In this document: positions 1 to 7,405 of the stretch, piece after piece
Layout: each line of letters opens with the position of its first letter
Numbering within the stretch: the first letter of the stretch is position 1
Assembly (NCBI GenBank): GCA_041661795.1
Contig: JBAZTS010000001.1
Span: 124,161 to 188,160, forward strand
Reading direction: 5' to 3'
DNA: 64,000 bases
Source of the DNA: Minisyncoccota bacterium
GTDB taxonomy: Bacteria; Patescibacteriota; Minisyncoccia; UBA6257; JAGOQP01
Notes under the pieces: generated by a model
The model's input: only the letters and a program-made list of their open reading frames with translations
Told to the model about the DNA's origin: nothing
Databases searched by the model: none
Position numbers and translations under genes: made by a program

Positions 1-283
1 AAAATTTTGATTTGGCGTCAATGGCGGTATTGGCAGATGTATTGACAAAAGTAAATTTGAAAGCCACTTGATCGCCTGGAACTATATTATTAAGTTGGTT
101 GGTCCAGTTTTGTGTCCCCGATTGATTATGATTACCCACCAGAAACATTCCGCTTGAAGAAAAACTGGCCTGACTGACCGCAAAGACATTTGTGGGAACC
201 TGAGAAACTAAAACCAATCCGATTAAAAGGATTGCTGGAAACTTTTTTGATATTTTCTTCAAAAAATTTATATATTTATTCAT
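1..283 (-). CDS. hypothetical secreted protein (partial; only N-terminal ~94 aa fall inside the window)
   Basis: Manual minus-strand translation from ATG at 283..281 gives MNKYINFLKKISKKFPAILLIGLVLVSQVPTNVFA..., a typical signal peptide. The reading frame stays open to the window edge. Not in the ORF track because it is truncated. Confidence 0.4.
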   Translation of the reverse strand, partial: MNKYINFLKKISKKFPAILLIGLVLVSQVPTNVFAVSQASFSSSGMFLVGNHNQSGTQNWTNQLNNIVPGDQVAFKFTFVNTSANTAIDAKSKF

Positions 284-394
284 ATTTTTATTTTTGTTTA
301 ATCTTTGGATGATAGCATATCTATAGTACAAAGTCAATACCTTGACAAATGAATCAAATCCAAGCCAAAAAGTTCATAAAAACACTTTGGTTTG

Positions 395-440
395 GAGAGG
401 ACTTGCGATGGCTGCTTGCCAAAGCAAGTCCTCTTCCGGA
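395..440 (-). terminator. stem-loop downstream of the GC-rich surface-protein gene (putative terminator)
   Basis: Perfect 13-bp inverted repeat GGAGAGGACTTGC...GCAAGTCCTCTTCC seen in sequence just 3' of the stop at 458. It is followed on the minus strand by GTGTTTTTATG. Confidence 0.4.
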
Positions 441-457
441 CGTGTACGTTGTTGAAA

Positions 458-1294
458 CTACGGAATGGTCGGACCTTCTGGGACGACGATAGGCTGTTTT
501 TTGTCGCCACCTCCCCGGGAAACAACTACTCCTCCAACGAGTAGAGCGACACCGCCGGCGATCCACCTGCCGTTGTGGTTGTTGATGTCCAGACGAACTT
601 CGTCGGACGTCTCTCCTCCGACACCAGTGCAGACCACCGTGTATAACTCGTCGTGAGTCAGTGGTGGCGTTTCCACCGACCCATCTGTTGATCCACCAGT
701 GTGAAAACCCTTGCCCGTCAGCGAGTGGCACTCGGTGGCATTCTGCGAATACCACACAAGTGTCACCGATGACTTCCTTTTGATCTTTTCTGTTACCTCG
801 TTGCCTTTGATCCTGGCAACAATAGTAACAGTCGGAGCAATCGGACTTGAAACGACGGGCGGTTGCTCAACAGGCAGAGCCGGAACTTCTCTGACAACCT
901 CCACTACTTCCGGCGGAAGCTGAGGAGGTGCGCAGTCCAGTCGACCACGAGGGTTGGCGGGTGAGATGAGCTTAAGATCGTCATTAAAACAGGCGCGAAT
1001 TTTAAGCCATTCCCCTGACTCCTTGGCTTTGACAAACGAAGTTCCTGGCTGGACTTCGCAAGTCACCCTACCGATCGAGTTGTTGTCCTTCCTGTAGTTC
1101 ATGGAAAAGACTGCTGGCTCTTGCAGAGTGAAGAGGCACTGAGTATTCCAGTCAACTTCACCCTCTGGATTCACGGGCCGTTGCATCAGTTGGCACGGCT
1201 TCACGTTGTCGTTCGGCGCTGATGCCCCGACAACAATCGTCGGGACGAAAAAGATCAGCGCGGTTAGCAAACCGAAAAGAACTCGCTTCATCAA
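458..1294 (-). CDS. GC-rich secreted cell-surface protein: signal peptide, Cys-containing domain, Pro-rich linker (PPQLPPEVVEVVREVPALPVEQPPVV), C-terminal TM helix with basic tail
   Basis: 278-aa ORF. N-terminus MMKRVLFGLLTALIFFVPTIVVGASA is a signal peptide. C-terminal WIAGGVALLVGGVVV followed by SRGGGDKK looks like a membrane anchor. Local GC is far above the genome background. Confidence 0.55.
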   Translation of the reverse strand: MMKRVLFGLLTALIFFVPTIVVGASAPNDNVKPCQLMQRPVNPEGEVDWNTQCLFTLQEPAVFSMNYRKDNNSIGRVTCEVQPGTSFVKAKESGEWLKIRACFNDDLKLISPANPRGRLDCAPPQLPPEVVEVVREVPALPVEQPPVVSSPIAPTVTIVARIKGNEVTEKIKRKSSVTLVWYSQNATECHSLTGKGFHTGGSTDGSVETPPLTHDELYTVVCTGVGGETSDEVRLDINNHNGRWIAGGVALLVGGVVVSRGGGDKKQPIVVPEGPTIP

Positions 1295-1479
1295 AACCTC
1301 CCTCGGTACGCCATAGCTTTTTAAGCGTTGGCAACCTGTCCGTAGTTCATTGGTTTCAAGGTGCTACTTAAGCTTGGAAGATATAACAAAATGCCCATTC
1401 TGTCAATCTGGATAATAAAAACCCAGTTAATTAAAAAGCCGCATAAACGGCAAAAAAATTTCACTATTTAACCTAATAT

Positions 1480-2109
1480 CTACCCAATAACCAAAGGCAC
1501 AAATGAAAACCCAGGGAACGACTTCTCTATAAAGTCGTTTTTAGCGGTTTTGTCCAAAACTACGATGCTATTTTTAACCGGAGTCACAATCCTGCCTCCT
1601 ATTTTTAATTGTTCTTTCCAACTAGTTGGAATTTCATCACAAGTAGCGGCTGAAATAATTTTGTCGTAAGGAGAATTCTCTTCAAACCCTTTTGAACCGT
1701 CCCCTAAAATTAATTTAATATTATTAAAAACTTCGTTCACGTGTTTAGAAATATTTTTTTCTGCCATTTCTTTGAACTCTGGAATAACCTCTATTGCGGT
1801 TATATTCCCCGTATTGCTTATCATATGAGCAATTAACATCGTTTGCCATCCGGAACCTGCGCCGATTTCCAAAACATTATCCCCTTCTTTTAAATCCAAA
1901 AGCTCTAACATAAAAGCAACCGTCAATGGCTGAGAGATTGTTTGGTTATATCCAATAGCCAGAGGTTCGTTTATATATGCTAAATCTTTTGACGCTTCCT
2001 GAATAAAATCTTTTCTGTCTATGTTTTTAAAAGCGTCTATCAAACGCTCATTTTTTAAATATCCAAAATCAATAAGTTCTTGAATTAGTTGTTCGTTGGT
2101 TTCTATCAT
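1480..2109 (-). CDS. pcm: protein-L-isoaspartate O-methyltransferase
   Basis: Carries the GYNQTISQP and VLEIGAGSGW (SAM-binding) motifs typical of PCMT. 209 aa. AT-rich like the host background. Confidence 0.85.
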   Translation of the reverse strand: MIETNEQLIQELIDFGYLKNERLIDAFKNIDRKDFIQEASKDLAYINEPLAIGYNQTISQPLTVAFMLELLDLKEGDNVLEIGAGSGWQTMLIAHMISNTGNITAIEVIPEFKEMAEKNISKHVNEVFNNIKLILGDGSKGFEENSPYDKIISAATCDEIPTSWKEQLKIGGRIVTPVKNSIVVLDKTAKNDFIEKSFPGFSFVPLVIG

Positions 2110-2342
2110 ACATATTTACTTTAAACTTTTAACCTCTAACTTTCAACAGATTGTACTTATCCACAGTTATATTGACCATTTTAAATTTATATGATATAGT
2201 TATCCTTTCGCACATAACAAAGAAGGAGGGTATCGTCAGTGTAGAATACGGAACGTGGCCAACATCAATCCGCAAGAAGTGAACGGGAGAGAGGTGGCTC
2301 TCCCACTACCGTCCCGACTGCGTCGGGACAGGAAAGGAAAAC

Positions 2343-2654
2343 ATGAACAGAGTGGTCTGCGTAACGGAGTTTGGGGTCGGAGTGACGCCAAGGATGTACA
2401 CCCTTGGCGCCGCGATGGAGAGAATCAAGAGAATGGTCCCTGTGATGGGCACCCATCGAATCGAAGTCAGAATCGATCCGGTTGACACCGAGCCCGATGG
2501 TCATCTGGCCATCGTCGTCCCTGTCCCCAACAAGATCAAGGGCAACCACAGGATCGACAACCTGTTCGCTGGAATTCCTGAGGCGGTAAGCCAGGGAAGA
2601 TCGGTGATGATCCGCCCCGAGCCTCGTCGAAACACCCACGGCCAGCTCTGGTAA
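2343..2654 (+). CDS. small hypothetical protein within a GC-rich island
   Basis: 103-aa ORF preceded by AGGAAAGGAAAAC-ATG (good RBS spacing) and followed by a strong hairpin. The overlapping antisense 150-aa ORF 2265..2717 looks like GC-rich antisense noise. Confidence 0.35.
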   Translation: MNRVVCVTEFGVGVTPRMYTLGAAMERIKRMVPVMGTHRIEVRIDPVDTEPDGHLAIVVPVPNKIKGNHRIDNLFAGIPEAVSQGRSVMIRPEPRRNTHGQLW

Positions 2655-2667
2655 AACATCCGCAACC

Positions 2668-2705
2668 GGAGGCACGTCGGGCCTCAAAACCCCGGCGTGC
2701 CTCCG
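2668..2705 (+). terminator. GC-rich hairpin GGAGGCACG-N-CGTGCCTCC downstream of the small GC-rich ORF
   Basis: A 9-bp perfect stem seen in sequence. There is no strong T-run, so it may be a structural or element boundary rather than an intrinsic terminator. Confidence 0.3.
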
Positions 2706-2859
2706 CTCAACTCGCACATTTTACAACCATCCCAAAAAACAGCGCTTCGCACGTCTAACGGGATAAGCAGCACCCATAAAACGCGCTTGGTATTCACCAG
2801 GGCGTTTTGCTTTATATAGAATTGAAAAAATGATAAATTTTGTTTATCTTTAAGATGTT

Positions 2860-2930
2860 GGGCGCTTAGGTAAGTGGTATACCTGCGGTCTCCAAAACCG
2901 CTGTCGGGGGTTCGATTCCCTCAGCGCCCG
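2860..2930 (+). tRNA. tRNA-Trp (anticodon CCA)
   Basis: Manual cloverleaf: acceptor GGGCGCT/AGCGCCC, anticodon stem GCGGT/ACCGC with loop CTCCAAA, T-arm GGGGGTTCGATTCCCTC. No encoded CCA. Confidence 0.85.
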
Positions 2931-2943
2931 CATTCTAAAAATC

Positions 2944-3459
2944 ATGAAAAAAGAAGCTCTAAACAGAATACTCATTGTTGGAGACGCTGGCAGGGGTAAG
3001 TCTTCGCTTGCTTCAAAAATTTCCACAAAATTAGGAATACAACATTATTCAACTGATGATTTTTATTACGAAGTAAAGTTTTCAAAATTACGAGACAGAC
3101 AAGAAAGTATTAATACTATCTCAAAAATCTTTCAAAATGAGAGATGGATTATTGAAGGTACTACGAGGCATTTAATTATACTTGGACTAGATTCTGCGGA
3201 TATAATTATTCACCTTAGATATAAAAACATACTAATTCAGTGGCTGGTTCTCATAAAAAGATATTTTGAGAGAAGTGGTAAAGTTATTGACAACATCGGG
3301 GGGTTATTAAAACTAATGAAGCATGTTCTATATAAAAAACATCATCTTGGATACAGAAAAGGTAAACTCACGCCAACTGAGATTATTGAACTCCATAAAC
3401 ATAAAGTAATTACACTTTCTTCTTTTAAAGAAATTGACAAGTTTATAAATTCTTTATAA
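2944..3459 (+). CDS. P-loop NTPase (topology-modulation/adenylate-kinase-like family)
   Basis: Walker A motif GDAGRGKSS near the N-terminus. 171 aa. Family assignment is by motif only. Confidence 0.55.
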   Translation: MKKEALNRILIVGDAGRGKSSLASKISTKLGIQHYSTDDFYYEVKFSKLRDRQESINTISKIFQNERWIIEGTTRHLIILGLDSADIIIHLRYKNILIQWLVLIKRYFERSGKVIDNIGGLLKLMKHVLYKKHHLGYRKGKLTPTEIIELHKHKVITLSSFKEIDKFINSL

Positions 3460-3587
3460 TTGAGATTTTATGTTGAACCAGGGCAAGTTTATTAAATTAA
3501 CTAAGTATATTAAATCCTTCAAAAACACTATTCCATTTAAGAACCATTGTTTGTATGGTGTTCCACTCTAGGATTTGAAAGCCCGCA

Positions 3588-3620
3588 ATAAAAAAATAAT
3601 CCCATTGGGATTATTTTTTT
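3588..3620. terminator. bidirectional intrinsic terminator (AATAATCCCA-TTGGGATTATT flanked by A- and T-runs)
   Basis: Perfect palindrome with A8 upstream and T7 downstream. It sits between the convergent P-loop gene (+) and rpmG (-). Confidence 0.6.
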
Positions 3621-3781
3621 ATCTCAACATGCTTAGTGTGTTTCCTGCACCACTTGCAATGTTTGGAAAGTTCTAATTTTTTCTCGTTAGTTTTTTTGTT
3701 CTTACGAGTATAATAATTAATTCTTTTACAAACAGAACATTTAAGTTTTATTAAATTTTCCGAAAATTTTGACTTTGCCAT
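3611..3781 (-). CDS. rpmG: 50S ribosomal protein L33
   Basis: Manual translation gives MAKSKFSENLIKLKCSVCKRINYYTRKNKKTNEKKLELSKHCKWCRKHTKHVEIKK. It has the C-x2-C...C-x2-C zinc ribbon and the overall L33 pattern. Absent from the ORF track because it is under 60 aa. Confidence 0.8.
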   Translation of the reverse strand: MAKSKFSENLIKLKCSVCKRINYYTRKNKKTNEKKLELSKHCKWCRKHTKHVEIKK

Positions 3782-3870
3782 GTACAGTAGAGAATAACCT
3801 TAAAAAAATAAAAAATCAAGTGATTATTATTGATTTATCAAGATATTTTTTATATTCTAAATAGGTTACT

Positions 3871-3958
3871 GGGTAGGTAGTCTCGTAGGGGCCGAGGGCG
3901 GTCTGTAAAACCGTTGGCCAATGTGCTCGCGTGAGTTCGACTCTCACCCTACCCACCA
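3871..3958 (+). tRNA. tRNA-Tyr (anticodon GTA), long variable arm, encoded CCA
   Basis: Acceptor GGGTAGG/CCTACCC. Anticodon loop CTGTAAA. Long variable arm as in bacterial tRNA-Tyr. Terminal ACCA. Confidence 0.85.
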
Positions 3959-3960
3959 CA

Positions 3961-4032
3961 GCCACCTTAGCTCAGCGGTAGAGCAACACTTTTGTAAAGT
4001 GAAGGTCCTCGGTTCAAATCCGAGAGGTGGCT
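3961..4032 (+). tRNA. tRNA-Thr (anticodon TGT)
   Basis: Acceptor GCCACCT/AGGTGGC. D-arm TAGCTCAGCGGTAGAGC. Anticodon stem ACACT/AGTGA with loop TTTGTAA. T-arm CTCGGTTCAAATCCGAG. Confidence 0.8.
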
Positions 4033-4081
4033 CAGATAAATCAAAAATAAAATTCCCTTTTTGGAGGGAATTTTATTTTTG

Positions 4082-4155
4082 AGCCAATGGCCGGAATTGA
4101 ACCGGCGACCTACTCCTTACCATGGAGTTGCTCTACCAGCTGAGCTACATTGGCG
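4082..4155 (-). tRNA. tRNA-Thr (anticodon GGT)
   Basis: Reverse complement gives GCCAATGTAGCTCAGCTGGTAGAGCAACTCCATGGTAAGGAGTAGGTCGCCGGTTCAATTCCGGCCATTGGCT. The anticodon loop is ATGGTAA. Confidence 0.8.
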
Positions 4156-4177
4156 GTATTTAATTGTAGCGTACAAA

Positions 4178-4537
4178 TTATTCTTCTTCGCTCTTTTCTT
4201 CTTTATTTTCAGAATGTATCTCGCTTATTATATTCTGACCGATTCCATTTTGTCCATCGTTTTTATCTTTGATGTTTTCAATATGTTTTCCAACAAAATT
4301 ATCCATTTTCATAAGAATTAGTTTTGACCTCCTTAAAATTCTTGCTAGAATACTATTAAACTTTTTATCAACCGCTCCCATCCATTTCGAACCCCCTATA
4401 AAAATAGTCAGCTTTGATTTATTTTCAGATCCATTGGTAAAAAAACTATTATCCACTACTGGAAGTTTTTTAGCCAACATATAAACCATAAGACCAAGGC
4501 AGATAAAGAAGATTATTTCAACAACAAAATAGAACAT
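4178..4537 (-). CDS. hypothetical small membrane protein (N-terminal TM helix, acidic C-terminus)
   Basis: 119-aa ORF lying between tsf and tRNA-Thr. No recognisable motif. Confidence 0.4.
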   Translation of the reverse strand: MFYFVVEIIFFICLGLMVYMLAKKLPVVDNSFFTNGSENKSKLTIFIGGSKWMGAVDKKFNSILARILRRSKLILMKMDNFVGKHIENIKDKNDGQNGIGQNIISEIHSENKEEKSEEE

Positions 4538-4545
4538 ACCGTTTA

Positions 4546-4986
4546 TTATAACTCATATCGGCAGAATCTTTCCACCTTTATATTCTCACCGGTTTTAGCA
4601 ATTACTTGAGATACCAGATCGGATATTTTAAATGACTCATCTTTGACATAGGGCTGTTCCAAAAGCTCATTAACATCAGTCGGATTCATTGAGGCAACTT
4701 GCATGGCCAATTCTTTAGCCAAAGATTGGAAGACATCATTTTTGGCGACAAAATCCGTCTCACATCTGACTTCAATCATAGCTCCAATTCTTAAGCCGTG
4801 AATATAAGTAGCCAAAGTTCCAGATCCAGTTTTTCTTTCGGCTCTTTTCTCTGCTTTAGCAAAACCTCTTTCAAAAATAAGTTTTTTGGCTTCTTCTATA
4901 TTACCCTTGGCATCTTCCAAGGCCTTACTGCATTCCATTACTCCAGCTCCGGTTTCTTCTCTAAGTTTGATTAAATCCGAGTTCAT
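4546..4986 (-). CDS. tsf: elongation factor Ts (short form)
   Basis: N-terminal UBA-like [29 protein letters not shown] and the FVAKN motif. Lies directly downstream of rpsB, the conserved rpsB-tsf arrangement. Confidence 0.8.
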   Translation of the reverse strand: MNSDLIKLREETGAGVMECSKALEDAKGNIEEAKKLIFERGFAKAEKRAERKTGSGTLATYIHGLRIGAMIEVRCETDFVAKNDVFQSLAKELAMQVASMNPTDVNELLEQPYVKDESFKISDLVSQVIAKTGENIKVERFCRYEL

Positions 4987-4990
4987 ATTG

Positions 4991-5797
4991 TTAATTGTTG
5001 CTCAGTTTACTGATAATTCTATTAACTACCCAATTTATTGAAGACCTTGAATGATCGTTGGCAGGAATAAACAAATCAAAATCATTTGGGTTGTCATCAT
5101 TATCTATTATACCAACAACGAGAATTTTCTTCTTTTTTGCCTCCTTAATAGCAGTAATGTGATTTTTGATTGACGAGTCAATAACCAAAAGAATGTCGGG
5201 TATTTTAATATAGTTATCAAGCCCCAAAAAACTTTGACCCATCTTGTCTACTTCCCTTTTTATCAATAACCTTTCTTTTTTGGTATAACCCTCAAACTTT
5301 CCTTCTTCAAGGTCTTTTTTCCTTTTTTTAAAATATTCTATTCTTTTATAAAGAATAGAAAAGTTGGTAACAAGCCCCCCTATCCATTTATTAATAACGT
5401 AAGACGAATTTTCCAAAGATTTAGCTAAATTTAAAACCGAATCTTTGGCGGACGGTTGAGTTCCCACAATCATAAATGTCTTTTTTTCATCTTTGTTCTT
5501 TTTGATAAATTCGGCAACCGTGTCTGTGGCTTTTAGAGTTTTAGCCAAATCAATTATTTCAACTCCATTCCTACTCGTAAAAATAAATTCCTCAAACTTA
5601 GGATTTCGTCTTGATTTTTTGTGACCATAAAAAACTCCGGCTTTAGCCATTTCTAATACGATCTCGTCATTCTCTGAAGAAAAAACCTCCTCAGTTTGAC
5701 CAGCGGATTCATTTTGGTCATCTTTTTTTAATTCTTCGTTTATATCTTGCATAATACAAAAGCTGCGCCCCCCGCAGCATGTCTTAGGTTGCATCAC
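4991..5797 (-). CDS. rpsB: 30S ribosomal protein S2
   Basis: S2-family sequence ([39 protein letters not shown]). The true start may be the internal Met near 5755. Confidence 0.85.
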   Translation of the reverse strand: MMQPKTCCGGRSFCIMQDINEELKKDDQNESAGQTEEVFSSENDEIVLEMAKAGVFYGHKKSRRNPKFEEFIFTSRNGVEIIDLAKTLKATDTVAEFIKKNKDEKKTFMIVGTQPSAKDSVLNLAKSLENSSYVINKWIGGLVTNFSILYKRIEYFKKRKKDLEEGKFEGYTKKERLLIKREVDKMGQSFLGLDNYIKIPDILLVIDSSIKNHITAIKEAKKKKILVVGIIDNDDNPNDFDLFIPANDHSRSSINWVVNRIISKLSNN

Positions 5798-5874
5798 CTT
5801 TTTAAGGCAAAGACCAAAGATAGGGTTTTAATTGTTCTTTTATTATATACGAAGGTTGTTCAAAAAATCAAGTC

Positions 5875-6567
5875 CTAAATACCTCTCCACTCTTCTATCT
5901 TTTTATGGTCTCCTGACAAAAGAACCTTAGGAACAGACCATTTTCGGCCCGAGGCCGATCCGCCTTGGGCGGACTTTCCATCGGGGCTAAAAACTTCTGG
6001 ACGAGTATAGGTTGGATAACTTCCCTTTAATTCTTCTAAGGATTCTTTTTTCCCAAGAACTCCAGGAATAAATCTGGAAACCGAATCAACTAAGACCATC
6101 GCCGGTATCTCGCCGCCAGAAAGAATAAAATCCCCTATTGATATTTCTTCATCGGCAATATGTTTGGCCACCCTTTCATCAACTCCTTCATATCTGCCAC
6201 AAATTAAAATTAAATTGTTATACTTAGACAATCTTTGAGCAATTTTATTATCAAACTTTTTACCTCTTGTTGAAAACAAAATCACTCTTATCCTAGTAGT
6301 AGAACTTCGTTCACTATGGGACTTCGCTTTGCTCGTTTTTGACTTTATATTTTCCACTGCTTTATATATTGGTCCAACTTTTAAAACCATCCCCGGTCCT
6401 CCCCCAAAAGGACTATCATCTATCTTTTTATGCTTGTCCTTAGCCCATTTTCTGATGTTATATGTTTTTATAGATATCAATTTGTTTTTCTGAGCGCGCC
6501 CTAAAATTGACGATTTAAAATAATCTTCAAAAACATCGGGAATAGCTGAAAGAATGTGAAAAATCAT
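5875..6567 (-). CDS. trmD: tRNA (guanine37-N1)-methyltransferase
   Basis: TrmD hallmarks: N-terminal MIFHILSAIPDVFEDYF and SPFGGGPGMVL. It also contains an in-frame GC-rich palindromic insert at 5945..5974 (see findings). Confidence 0.85.
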   Translation of the reverse strand: MIFHILSAIPDVFEDYFKSSILGRAQKNKLISIKTYNIRKWAKDKHKKIDDSPFGGGPGMVLKVGPIYKAVENIKSKTSKAKSHSERSSTTRIRVILFSTRGKKFDNKIAQRLSKYNNLILICGRYEGVDERVAKHIADEEISIGDFILSGGEIPAMVLVDSVSRFIPGVLGKKESLEELKGSYPTYTRPEVFSPDGKSAQGGSASGRKWSVPKVLLSGDHKKIEEWRGI

Positions 6568-6588
6568 AGATATAAGTTTAACAAAAAA

Positions 6589-6620
6589 CCGTCCCGATTG
6601 AAATCGGGACGGTTTTTATT
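6589..6620 (-). terminator. intrinsic terminator after the KH-domain gene (ACCGTCCCGAT-loop-ATCGGGACGGT + T-run)
   Basis: An 11-bp perfect stem followed by TTTTTTG on the minus strand. Confidence 0.6.
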
Positions 6621-6929
6621 TTACAAATTTTTCAAATCTTCAACTGTTTGATCAACCCTAGAAGAAGGTCCTGTCCCTCCCTCTGGCTCTAAAATTTTAA
6701 GATTGACGCGAGCGTTGTTTTTCATACCAACGATTCTCAAAAGAGAACGGATGGCTTTGGCTGTTGATCCCTGTCTTCCGACAATTTGTCCCATGTCGGC
6801 CTTATGAACTTTAAGGGTCAAAAGCACTCCCATTTCATCAATTTTTCTTTCTACTTCTACGTCGTTTGGATTGTCAACCAAAGATTTGACGAGAAAATCC
6901 AAGAATTCTTGATCTCTGAATGTTTCCAT
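6621..6929 (-). CDS. KH-domain RNA-binding protein (YlqC/UPF0109 family)
   Basis: GxxG KH signature (IVGRQGSTAKAIRSL). Sits in the conserved slot between rpsP and trmD. Confidence 0.7.
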   Translation of the reverse strand: METFRDQEFLDFLVKSLVDNPNDVEVERKIDEMGVLLTLKVHKADMGQIVGRQGSTAKAIRSLLRIVGMKNNARVNLKILEPEGGTGPSSRVDQTVEDLKNL

Positions 6930-6962
6930 GAATAACTTTCTTGCTTGCTATTTATCGACCTT

Positions 6963-7370
6963 TTAAACACTAACCTGTTCCGATGATTCTTGATTTTGTT
7001 CTGGAATAGAATTTTCTACCGGCTGTTCTGCCGGAATTGTCTCTTGGACGGGTTCGGCACTTTGATTTTCAGGAACGACAACTGATGCCTGTTCAATCGG
7101 TTTTTTGGATTTCTTATGCATAGGAATTTTGACTCCCTCTATAGCTCCGGCTGAAATCAAAATATTATGGATAGAACCGCTCGGTTGAGCTCCATTATCT
7201 ATCCATTTTTTTACCTTCTCCTTGGCAACAAGAAACTTATTAGTATGAGGATTATACCATCCCAGGTCTTCAATAAATTTACCTTTCAATTTGGACCCCT
7301 TTTGACTGACTACTATTCTGTAAGAAATTTGTTTTTTCTTGCCTATCGGTTTTAGTTTTATGGTTAACAT
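6963..7370 (-). CDS. rpsP: 30S ribosomal protein S16 with acidic/Pro-rich C-terminal extension
   Basis: N-terminus MLTIKLKPIGKKKQISYRIVV... is a typical S16 fold sequence. Confidence 0.85.
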   Translation of the reverse strand: MLTIKLKPIGKKKQISYRIVVSQKGSKLKGKFIEDLGWYNPHTNKFLVAKEKVKKWIDNGAQPSGSIHNILISAGAIEGVKIPMHKKSKKPIEQASVVVPENQSAEPVQETIPAEQPVENSIPEQNQESSEQVSV

Positions 7371-7405
7371 AATCTTTGGTATCCTAATATTAAATTAATC
7401 AAAAG

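Noticed and set aside
354-755. 133-aa and 63-aa ORFs overlapping the 3' end of the GC-rich surface-protein gene
   Set aside because: They are alternative frames of the same GC-rich stretch. The 278-aa frame has a signal peptide and an anchor and is followed by a terminator hairpin.
2265-2717. 150-aa minus-strand ORF (and the 76-aa and 60-aa ORFs) in the GC-rich island
   Set aside because: It overlaps the plus-strand 103-aa ORF, which has a proper RBS and hairpin terminator. Long antisense ORFs are expected by chance in 60% GC DNA. Its composition is Arg/Ala/Val/Pro-rich, typical of antisense artefacts.
4061-4321. 86-aa plus-strand ORF
   Set aside because: It runs straight through the minus-strand tRNA-Thr(GGT) gene and the start of the downstream hypothetical gene. 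There is no RBS.
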